Assembly (NCBI GenBank): GCA_015059335.1
Contig: SVAP01000001.1
Coordinates: 158 to 64,157 of the forward strand
DNA length: 64,000 nucleotides
Source: Bacillota bacterium
GTDB lineage: Bacteria; Bacillota_I; Bacilli_A; RF39; UBA660
Direction of reading: 5' to 3'
Shown: piece by piece, positions 56,004-64,000 of the stretch
Position numbering within the stretch: position 1 is the first letter of the stretch
Layout of the letters: each line of letters begins with the position of its first letter
Position numbers and translations under genes: made by a program
Notes under the pieces: model-generated
Seen by the model: only the letters and a program-made list of their open reading frames with translations
Told to the model about the DNA's origin: nothing
Database searches by the model: none

Positions 56004-56456
56004 ATGACAAATAAATATGGAGACTTAGAAAAAAGAATATGCATAAAAAAAATATTACAGTTTTTAGAACAAAATAAAGAGTTAATCAAAGTTTATCAAA
56101 ATCAAGAAAACTTTAAAAAAAATATAAATAATTTATATAATAATCTTAAAAGAGATGTTTATGACTGTATTGAATTTGATATACCAGAAAATATAGAAGC
56201 ATTAGAAAATGCACATTATTATTATTATTCTAAATCTAATGTAAATGGTACTCAGGATATATCAATTATAAACAAAAATTTAGATGAATATTATTTTTTT
56301 AAAGTAAATTCATATGTTAATTATGAAATTATAAATTATTATCAAATATGTGATAGCGAAATAATAGTTATTAAAAATAATAGAGATTTTAATTCTATTA
56401 GAGAAGCTAATGATTTTAAATCACTAATATTAAGACCAATTAAAACGACTAACTAG
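56004..56456 (+). CDS. Hypothetical protein
   Basis: AGGAGG RBS before ATG 56004. Confidence 0.7.
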   Translation: MTNKYGDLEKRICIKKILQFLEQNKELIKVYQNQENFKKNINNLYNNLKRDVYDCIEFDIPENIEALENAHYYYYSKSNVNGTQDISIINKNLDEYYFFKVNSYVNYEIINYYQICDSEIIVIKNNRDFNSIREANDFKSLILRPIKTTN

Positions 56457-56526
56457 TTGTTTTTTTGTTGAAAATTGACTTTTTAATAAAAAAATAGTAA
56501 TATATACGAACTAAGAAGGGGATTTT

Positions 56527-57270
56527 ATGAGTATAGGATATAATAGATTAATTGAAACAGAAGAAAACAAGAACTATTGTATTAATCAAAATCATTTAAA
56601 CGAAATGTTTAGAATAGTAGCAGAAAATATAAATAATCAAGATTCAATTGATTGTTTTATAAGTAAAATTGATTTTAATCATTCTATTAGAATTTTGATT
56701 AATAACATTTTTGATCCAAATATGCCTGATAAAATGAAAAAACAATTTATAAATCAGCTTGAAAATAATGATGTAAAAATAATAGATTATAGTAGAGAAA
56801 AATTAATAATAGAATATACTGACAAGAAAATTGTTATAGGTAATTTATGTTTGCTACATAAAAATTTTAATAAAAAAGACTATAAGAATAACTTATATTA
56901 TAGAAAAGATGTATATATACCTATATTATTAGATAAATTAAGAAAATTAAATCATAAATCACAAATAGTAACTGGATATATTGATACAGAATTATTAGAT
57001 AATAAAAAATTATATTCTTGGTTAGAAATAGTAAACAATAAAAAAGATTATGTAATAGATTTTATCAATAACATTATTATAGATAAAGATTCTTATTATA
57101 TGTTATATAATCCAAAAGTATTAAATTCAATAAAAAAAGATGACGTTTTAAATAATGAAACATTATCGATTCTCATAAATGATTTATCAATTGAATATGA
57201 TGAATATTTAATATTTGATAAAGAATTTAAAGAAGAAATTAAAAAGAAAAAGAGTTATTTTACTAAATAA
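56527..57270 (+). CDS. Hypothetical protein with degenerate transglutaminase/papain-like motif
   Basis: 'IVTGY...LYSWLE...YVID' resembles V.G...H.W.E...VD with the His replaced. Confidence 0.5.
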   Translation: MSIGYNRLIETEENKNYCINQNHLNEMFRIVAENINNQDSIDCFISKIDFNHSIRILINNIFDPNMPDKMKKQFINQLENNDVKIIDYSREKLIIEYTDKKIVIGNLCLLHKNFNKKDYKNNLYYRKDVYIPILLDKLRKLNHKSQIVTGYIDTELLDNKKLYSWLEIVNNKKDYVIDFINNIIIDKDSYYMLYNPKVLNSIKKDDVLNNETLSILINDLSIEYDEYLIFDKEFKEEIKKKKSYFTK

Positions 57271-57275
57271 CTCTT

Positions 57276-57875
57276 TTATTTACATGTTTTGCAAACATTA
57301 CTATATATATCGTTTATCATTTTTTTAAATGTTTGTTTTATTTCAATTTTTTTACTATCTGTCCAATATTGAGTAGGAGTTATATCACTTTCAATCACTG
57401 ATGTTTCATTGTTATGTGATAATATTTTCCCATCTTTAACTGCATATATATCAGGAACAAATATTCTTTCATTACCTTCATCGTCTTTCATAAGATGATT
57501 TTTTACTAATTTAACAATTTTTTGATATTTTTTTGTATTTTCTTGTCTATCATTTTTTATGTTAAAATAATATATTTTTTCTATACCTTCTTCTTTAGCA
57601 ACTTCGTTAAGCATAGGTACATAAGCTTGACACCATGGACATTCAGGAAATCCTAAATAAACAATTCCAGTTCCTCCTTCAAGAATTTTTATTATTTCAT
57701 CAGCATTTCTGTATACAAATACATTATTTTTTCCAACCTCTGTATATTCATTAGCGAATTTTTCGTTATCAGGTATATTATTTTTAACATTGTTAATAAT
57801 TAAAAATACAATTAATATCAATAAAACTATACCAATACCACCATATATAATATGCTTTTTATTTTTTAAATCCAT
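57276..57875 (-). CDS. Membrane-anchored thioredoxin-fold protein (CPWC)
   Basis: N-terminal TM; 'YLGFPECPWC'; 'VPDIYAVKDGK'. Confidence 0.8.
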   Translation of the reverse strand: MDLKNKKHIIYGGIGIVLLILIVFLIINNVKNNIPDNEKFANEYTEVGKNNVFVYRNADEIIKILEGGTGIVYLGFPECPWCQAYVPMLNEVAKEEGIEKIYYFNIKNDRQENTKKYQKIVKLVKNHLMKDDEGNERIFVPDIYAVKDGKILSHNNETSVIESDITPTQYWTDSKKIEIKQTFKKMINDIYSNVCKTCK

Positions 57876-58002
57876 AAAACACAACTCCGTATCTACATAT
57901 AAGATAATTATATCATGTTTTTAGTAAATTCCAATATATTTTGACAAATAAACAATTAAAACATTATAAATATCATGATATAATGATAATGAGGTGAATA
58001 AC

Positions 58003-59190
58003 ATGAAAGATAGACTAATTTTTCATATTGATGTTAATAATGCATATCTTTCATGGACAGCATGTGAGTTATTAAAAACTAGTAATGTCGATATAAGAAA
58101 ACAAGTTTCTGTTATTGCTGGAGACGAAAGCAAAAGACATGGGGTAGTTTTAGCTAAATCACCACTTGCAAAAAAATATGGTATAGTTACAGGAGAAAGT
58201 ATATTTAGCGCAAGAAAAAAATATAAAAATTTATGTATATATTCCCCAAGTCATGACATTTATAAAGAATATTCAAATAAATTAATAAATTACTTATCTA
58301 TATATACACCACATTTAGAACAATATTCTATAGATGAATGTTTTCTTGATATGAGTGGAATGGGTCATTTTTTTAAAGATCCCATAGAATTTGCAACAAA
58401 AATAAAAAATGAAATAAAAGATAAATTTGGATTTACAGTTAATATTGGAATAGGTAATAATAAATTATGTGCTAAAATTGCATCAGATTTTGAAAAGCCT
58501 GATAAAGTACATACACTATTTAAAAACGAAATAGAAAGTAAATTATGGGTATTGCCAGTTGAAGATCTGTTTATGGTAGGTAAGAAAACCAAAATAAAGT
58601 TAAAAGAAATGAAAATAAATACGATCTATGATTTAGCGCATACTAATAAGGAAAAATTAATATTGAATTTTAAATCTTTCGGGAACACATTATACGAGTA
58701 CGCAAATGGAATAGATGATACTCCTGTGGAAAGTGAAAAACCTGATTTAAAGGGAATAGGGAATTCTTTAACATTACCCAAGGATTTAGAAGAAATAGAT
58801 GATATAAAGTTAAAGTTATTAGAGTTATCAGAACAAGTGGGATCTAGACTAAGAAAAGATAAAAAATATGCGTGTGTCATAACTTTATATGTAAAATACA
58901 GTGATTTTAAAACACTAACTCATCAAAAGAGGTTAAAAAATCCTATCAATACCGATGAAGAAATTTATCAAAATGTTATAATTTTATTAAAAGAAATAGA
59001 AATTAAACCTATTAGGAGTCTAGGAATAAGATTGTCTATGTTAGTTGAAGAAAAATTTGAACAAATATCATTATTTAATAGTAATAGTGGTGTAAATGAT
59101 AATTTTGAAAATTTACAATATACAATTGATGACTTGAAATCTAAGTATGGAAAAGATATAATTAAAAAGGCAATAAGAAAAGATCGATAG
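58003..59190 (+). CDS. dinB: DNA polymerase IV (Y family)
   Basis: 'HIDVNNAY', 'SIDECFLD', 'AKIASDFEKP'. Confidence 0.93.
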   Translation: MKDRLIFHIDVNNAYLSWTACELLKTSNVDIRKQVSVIAGDESKRHGVVLAKSPLAKKYGIVTGESIFSARKKYKNLCIYSPSHDIYKEYSNKLINYLSIYTPHLEQYSIDECFLDMSGMGHFFKDPIEFATKIKNEIKDKFGFTVNIGIGNNKLCAKIASDFEKPDKVHTLFKNEIESKLWVLPVEDLFMVGKKTKIKLKEMKINTIYDLAHTNKEKLILNFKSFGNTLYEYANGIDDTPVESEKPDLKGIGNSLTLPKDLEEIDDIKLKLLELSEQVGSRLRKDKKYACVITLYVKYSDFKTLTHQKRLKNPINTDEEIYQNVIILLKEIEIKPIRSLGIRLSMLVEEKFEQISLFNSNSGVNDNFENLQYTIDDLKSKYGKDIIKKAIRKDR

Positions 59191-59201
59191 GAGAATGTGA
59201 A

Positions 59202-60101
59202 ATGGAGATATTGAGTTTTTTTAAAAATACAAGTCAAATAGATATGAAAGAAATTATAAAAAAAATCGACAGTAAACATCTAATAAGAAGATATGTTATA
59301 TTAATTTTAGCACTTCTTTTATCAGCAACTTCTTATAATTTGTTTTTTGTATCAGGTAAGATAGTAACTGGTGGTGTAAGTGGTACAGCTATTATAACCG
59401 AAGCATTATTTAATATAAACCCATCAACATTTATATTTATTGTAAATATTATATTAATGTTTTTTAGTTATTTTTTATTAGGAAAAAGTCAAACTATTAA
59501 AAATTTAGTAGGTTCACTTTTATATCCAATATTTGTATCGTTAACAAGTAATATAACTAGTTATATAGATATTAATTCTGCAGATTTATTAATAAAAACA
59601 TTATTTGGTGCGGTTATTTCTGGAATTGCTGGCGGTATGATTTTTAAAGTTGGTTTTTCTAGCGGTGGAAGTGATATAATTACTCAAATACTATCTAAAT
59701 ATTCTAAAATTTCAATTGGTAAAGCATCATTAATAGTTAATACTATAATTATTGGATTTAGTGGATTAATATTTGGATGGATAAACGCTATGTATGGTGT
59801 TATAGCTATATATATAATTACAACTATGACAGATAAAGTGTTGCTTGGAATATCAGACAATAAAGCATTTTTCATAATTACTTCTAAAGAAGACGAAATA
59901 AAAGATTTTATTATTGATAATTTAAAACATAGTGTTACTATATTAAAAAGTCACGGTGGTTTCACAAATAAAAACAGAAATGTTTTGATGGTAACTATCC
60001 CAACTAAAGAATATTTTATATTTAAAGAAAGTATACATGAAATAGATCCAGATGCATTCTTTGTTGTTACTGATTCTTATCAAGTTTCTGGCGGTGAATA
60101 A
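59202..60101 (+). CDS. YitT-family membrane protein (second paralog)
   Basis: 'SSGGSDII'; DUF2179-like C-terminus. Confidence 0.88.
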   Translation: MEILSFFKNTSQIDMKEIIKKIDSKHLIRRYVILILALLLSATSYNLFFVSGKIVTGGVSGTAIITEALFNINPSTFIFIVNIILMFFSYFLLGKSQTIKNLVGSLLYPIFVSLTSNITSYIDINSADLLIKTLFGAVISGIAGGMIFKVGFSSGGSDIITQILSKYSKISIGKASLIVNTIIIGFSGLIFGWINAMYGVIAIYIITTMTDKVLLGISDNKAFFIITSKEDEIKDFIIDNLKHSVTILKSHGGFTNKNRNVLMVTIPTKEYFIFKESIHEIDPDAFFVVTDSYQVSGGE

Positions 60102-60234
60102 CCGCTTTTTTTATGTAAAACCCAAATTATTATTTTGAATATAAATATAAGTGTTAAACATATGTATAATTAAGATGTTTTACGATTGACAACCGTTAGT
60201 TTTTATTATATTCTTAACCTGGGAGGTAATATAA

Positions 60235-61023
60235 ATGATAAAAAGTGAATATAATTATAATAGAGCTATTTTAGGACTTCGTTGTTCAGAAGCATTAGAT
60301 TTACAACCAATACCACCAATATTGTATGAATATGCTGTTAAAGCTTCTGATATACCTGTATTCTATGAAGATGGATATGGAAAGAGTTTTCCTGAAAGTT
60401 CCTTGCTTAGTATGGGAGTAGTATACTCGTATGGTACAACAATGACATTTATTGATGCTTCTGGTCATACATATTTTATACCATGTAATGATATATTTAA
60501 AAGTGAGTTGGAAAAATGTGGTTATGTTATTTGTAAGTACGGTAAATCTTCACCTGATTTTTCATATCCAATGAAACGTGAAGGAATGACTGGTTATACT
60601 GTTGATATTATTTCGCCAGATTACCCTGCAGCATGTAAAAAGGAAGAAGCTGCAAGAAATAAAGTAACATTACCGTCAGAACTTGCAAATAAAGTTGCGG
60701 AATTTGAGTTTTCTCAAATTGAGATGTATGATAATTATCCATATGATGTTTTTAATCCTGAATTATATAGAGGACATCAATTTTCACATGTTGAAGGTGA
60801 AGTCATACTTGAAGCATTAGGCTTTGATAATCCTGTTTCAAGAAAATTTATGGCATTATCAGGTTATGCATGTCAAAGTTTATCACATTTACCAGTAGAA
60901 GTAGATAACCTTGAGAAGTTTATTTTATATGCTTCTAAACATCCTGTATTAAATGATTCTTATTTTAAATCAGATGGTATATACGAACAATTAACTGGTC
61001 AGAATTCAAAAAAAGTTAAATAA
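60235..61023 (+). CDS. Hypothetical protein (orphan)
   Basis: Own TTGACA promoter and GGAGG RBS; 262-aa ORF. Confidence 0.75.
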   Translation: MIKSEYNYNRAILGLRCSEALDLQPIPPILYEYAVKASDIPVFYEDGYGKSFPESSLLSMGVVYSYGTTMTFIDASGHTYFIPCNDIFKSELEKCGYVICKYGKSSPDFSYPMKREGMTGYTVDIISPDYPAACKKEEAARNKVTLPSELANKVAEFEFSQIEMYDNYPYDVFNPELYRGHQFSHVEGEVILEALGFDNPVSRKFMALSGYACQSLSHLPVEVDNLEKFILYASKHPVLNDSYFKSDGIYEQLTGQNSKKVK

Positions 61024-61123
61024 ACATTTAACTTTTTTTATATAACAAATTATTACATTATTTAAAGGGTATTTGATACCTTTTTTTACTGTTTGAATAT
61101 AAATATAATAAGGAGTGATATTA

Positions 61124-62506
61124 ATGTGGAATAATATTTATAGACAAGATTATAAAGTGGTTATTGATCCAAGTCATGGTGGGTCTGATTCTGGACAAAC
61201 TGGTAATGGAATCATTGAAAAGGACTTGGTATTAGATATTTCCAATTATATATATAATAGACTAAATTCACTTGGTGTTCCTGTAACAATAATAAGAAGT
61301 GGTGATGAAACAATAAGTGATGAAGAACGTGTAAGAAGAATCCTTGAAGCATATGGTAATAATGAAGATGTAATAGTATTATCTAATCACACAAATGTAG
61401 GAGGTGGTACCGGTGCTGAAGTAATTTATGCCCTACGAAACAATGATGTTTTAGCGAGAACAATTTTAGATGAAATGAAAAAAGTAAACAACATAAACAC
61501 AAAATATTTTCAAAGGAGACTACCAGGTGATACCTCAAAAGATTATTATTATATATTAAGGGATACCGGAAATACTCAAGCTGTATTAATAGAATATGGT
61601 TATGTTGATAATTCGATAGATGCAGAACGTTTAAAAAACAATTATGAGGAATATGCTGAAGCAGTGGTTAGAGCATTATCAGATTATCTAGGTTTCAATT
61701 ATACACCACCAGCTGGTCAAACAATATATGTAGTTCAAGCAGGAGATAGCTTGTGGTCAATTTCACAAAAATTAGGTATTACAGTATCTGAATTACGTGC
61801 CTACAACAATTTAACTAGTGATACCTTACAAATTGGTCAAATATTACTTGTTCCAACTAAACAAGAAGAAACAAATACATATACAGTAAAAAGTGGAGAT
61901 AGTCTATGGTCAATCGCAAAAAAATTTAATATAACTGTTAACGATTTAAAAACTGAAAATAATTTGACAAGTAATTTGATAAATGTTGGTCAAATACTAA
62001 AGATACCAAGTTCAGAACCATCAAATCCTAATCCTAATTATATAATCTATGTTGTAAAAAGTGGAGATTCGTTATATAGAATAGCACAACAATATAATAC
62101 AACTGTTGATACAATAAAAAGTTTTAACAATTTAACAAGTAATATATTAAACATTGGTCAACAATTATTAATACCTATTAATGAAATAGAAAACGAAACA
62201 CCAGGAATAACTTACACAGTAAAAAGTGGAGATAGTTTATGGTCTATTGCTAAAAGATATAATACAACAGTTGATGAAATTAAAAATCTAAATAATCTTA
62301 CTAGTAATATACTAAGTATTGGTCAACAGCTTTTAATTCCCAATAATTCTTCAGAAAATACAACAATATATACAGTAAAAAGTGGAGATAATTTATATTC
62401 GATTGCTAATAGATACAATACAACTGTAAATGAACTTAAACAATTGAATAATTTAACAAGTAATACGCTAAGTATTGGACAACAATTATTGATACCAACA
62501 AGATAA
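61124..62506 (+). CDS. N-acetylmuramoyl-L-alanine amidase (Amidase_3) with five LysM domains
   Basis: 'IDPSHGG', 'EKDL', 'SNHTN', 'LIEYGY'; five 'Y.V..GD.L..I' LysM repeats. Confidence 0.92.
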   Translation: MWNNIYRQDYKVVIDPSHGGSDSGQTGNGIIEKDLVLDISNYIYNRLNSLGVPVTIIRSGDETISDEERVRRILEAYGNNEDVIVLSNHTNVGGGTGAEVIYALRNNDVLARTILDEMKKVNNINTKYFQRRLPGDTSKDYYYILRDTGNTQAVLIEYGYVDNSIDAERLKNNYEEYAEAVVRALSDYLGFNYTPPAGQTIYVVQAGDSLWSISQKLGITVSELRAYNNLTSDTLQIGQILLVPTKQEETNTYTVKSGDSLWSIAKKFNITVNDLKTENNLTSNLINVGQILKIPSSEPSNPNPNYIIYVVKSGDSLYRIAQQYNTTVDTIKSFNNLTSNILNIGQQLLIPINEIENETPGITYTVKSGDSLWSIAKRYNTTVDEIKNLNNLTSNILSIGQQLLIPNNSSENTTIYTVKSGDNLYSIANRYNTTVNELKQLNNLTSNTLSIGQQLLIPTR

Positions 62507-62538
62507 AAGAAGATTAGTATTTAATCTTCTTTTATCTT
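62500..62538. terminator. Bidirectional terminator overlapping both convergent stop codons
   Basis: AAGATAAAAGAAGATTA-gtatt-TAATCTTCTTTTATCTT. Confidence 0.8.
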
Positions 62539-62780
62539 AATTCTGGACATACACCAGGATATGGTTCATAAAAACAATGATTTTTATATCTACCAGCGAG
62601 CTTTTGATTGTACCATAATGCAACACAGTTTTGACCACTACTAGGAGCATAAAACCATAAGGCATTAGTTGCAGGATAATAATATTCACCTTTTAACACA
62701 CGTCTTGCTAGTTCTTTTTCCTTCGCTGTTGCAGCACCTTGAAATAATGAACTATATATACCAGAAAATCCACCAGGATT
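62532..62780 (-). pseudogene. cwlJ: 3' half of spore cortex-lytic enzyme CwlJ (Hydrolase_2), split by the recombinase element
   Basis: Reads NPGGFSGIYSSLFQGAATAKEKELARRVLKGEYYYPATNALWFYAP...WYNQKLAGRYKNHCFYEP...*, matching the CwlJ C-terminus; no start codon; in-frame TAA at 62784-62786. Confidence 0.8.
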
Positions 62781-64000
62781 ATATTAGTTAGTACCACCTT
62801 GTATTATTAAAAATTCAGAAGTTTAACTTCAATATTCTGTTTGTCTTTTATTATAACACAATCTATAATACTTAACCATAGTTTTCTTTTATCTTCGTTA
62901 GAAAGACTATAATAATTAGATAAAATATCATCACTAATAAGATTTTCTATTTCTTTAACATTAATTTCTTTCTTTGGTGCAGTTTGTTTTAATTCATAGT
63001 TAAGTTTCTCATTTAGTGTTTTATATTGTTCTTTGTACACATCCATATCAATCATATCATTTATGTATAAATCAGATAATTTTTTTAATTTCTTTTTTAA
63101 AGACTGGATAGTATTATCATTATTAGTTTTAATTTTCTTTTCTTGTAGATTTTTTATGATCAATATTTTTTCGTTCATAATTCTGTAAATATTATCTACT
63201 AAATATTTTTCCATCCATAATTCAGAAATGAATATTTTGTTATTACATGTAATGTTTAATGTTGCCTTTTTGCAAACATAATAGTGATGATTATGATTGG
63301 TCTTACCGGATAAATTATTATGGCAGTTACTACATTTTAATAATCCTGAAAATATATACGGTTGAGTATTAGAGTTCTTTTTATTTTGTTTTAGATTTTT
63401 TTTCAATAATCTTTGAACTTCATAAAATGTTTCATCATCTAATATTCTAGGATAATAGTTTTCAATTATTTCACCAGTACGTTTTCTAACAAACTTTCCA
63501 ATGTATGCGGAATTTTTTAAATATAGTTTTATTGAATCATAACTTCTAATTTCAATATTACTTTGAAACCATTTTACAGTTTCTGATAAATTGTTACTAT
63601 TAATGTAGTGTTCATACAATAATTTTATGTTATTTGCCTTTTCTTCGTCTATTTCAATGGTTTTATCTTTACCTATTTTATATCCATAAGCAAGATTACC
63701 CGTACAAACAGTTTTTTGAACACTATATTTATGGTCGAATATAGCATCTATTCTTTCTCCTGTACGTTTAGCTTCCATTCTTGCCATAGATAAACTCATA
63801 TTTAACCAAAATTCGCCACTTGCTGTTGTTGTATCATAATCTTCCCAAATTGTTTTCCAATTTACTTTATTTTTCTTTAATATTTCAGCTGTTTTATAAA
63901 AGTCAGCAGGATTTCTAAACCATCTATCTAATTTTGTCATTAGGATCATATCTATTCTATGATTTCTAACATCATCAAGCATTCTTTGGAAATTAGTTCT
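62781..64000 (-). mobile_element. End of a serine-integrase element inserted in cwlJ (continues beyond the window)
   Basis: Recombinase stop lies 26 bp from the cwlJ breakpoint. Confidence 0.75.
62807..64000 (-). CDS. Large serine recombinase (5' end outside the window)
   Basis: 'KLDRWFRN', 'EAKRTGERI', recombinase domain 'YGY...LKNSAYIG', zinc ribbon 'LKCSNC...YYVC', coiled coil. Confidence 0.95.
   Translation of the reverse strand, partial: RTNFQRMLDDVRNHRIDMILMTKLDRWFRNPADFYKTAEILKKNKVNWKTIWEDYDTTTASGEFWLNMSLSMARMEAKRTGERIDAIFDHKYSVQKTVCTGNLAYGYKIGKDKTIEIDEEKANNIKLLYEHYINSNNLSETVKWFQSNIEIRSYDSIKLYLKNSAYIGKFVRKRTGEIIENYYPRILDDETFYEVQRLLKKNLKQNKKNSNTQPYIFSGLLKCSNCHNNLSGKTNHNHHYYVCKKATLNITCNNKIFISELWMEKYLVDNIYRIMNEKILIIKNLQEKKIKTNNDNTIQSLKKKLKKLSDLYINDMIDMDVYKEQYKTLNEKLNYELKQTAPKKEINVKEIENLISDDILSNYYSLSNEDKRKLWLSIIDCVIIKDKQNIEVKLLNF

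Noticed and set aside
55880-57270. Island integrated at the ssrA 3' end
   Set aside because: No integrase and no duplicated tmRNA 3' end seen downstream
57890-58002. LexA box upstream of dinB
   Set aside because: No GAAC-N4-GTTC match

Overview
Very AT-rich chromosome segment from a Bacilli-type Firmicute, read in the standard code 11. The gene content and reduced gene order resemble the uncultured RF39-like lineages; this taxonomic call is inference. The backbone is housekeeping: prfB (+1 programmed frameshift), murT-gatD, gltX-cysS-mrnC-rlmB-sigH-secE-nusG-rplKA-rplJL-rsmC-rpoBC, rpsL-rpsG-fusA-tuf, murD-eno-secG-rnr-smpB-ssrA and dinB. Accessory DNA: (1) a ~8 kb phage-satellite-like element (~260-8314) with tyrosine integrase, a repressor with a degenerate S24 domain, Cro, replication genes, HNH and a cos-like site, carrying a complete DpnII R-M cassette and apparently inserted at a SEC-C (secA-like) 3' end; (2) a stand-alone 619-aa protein with two RxxxxH HEPN-like motifs near its two ends and no CRISPR array; (3) a decayed folE2 / queuosine-salvage cluster; (4) a TasA-like/SipW operon including a rubredoxin-fused subunit; (5) three type IV pilin-like fusion genes scattered among housekeeping operons; (6) at the right edge, a large serine recombinase element that splits the spore-cortex hydrolase gene cwlJ (skin-like). 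All family assignments come from visual motif recognition; no searches were run.
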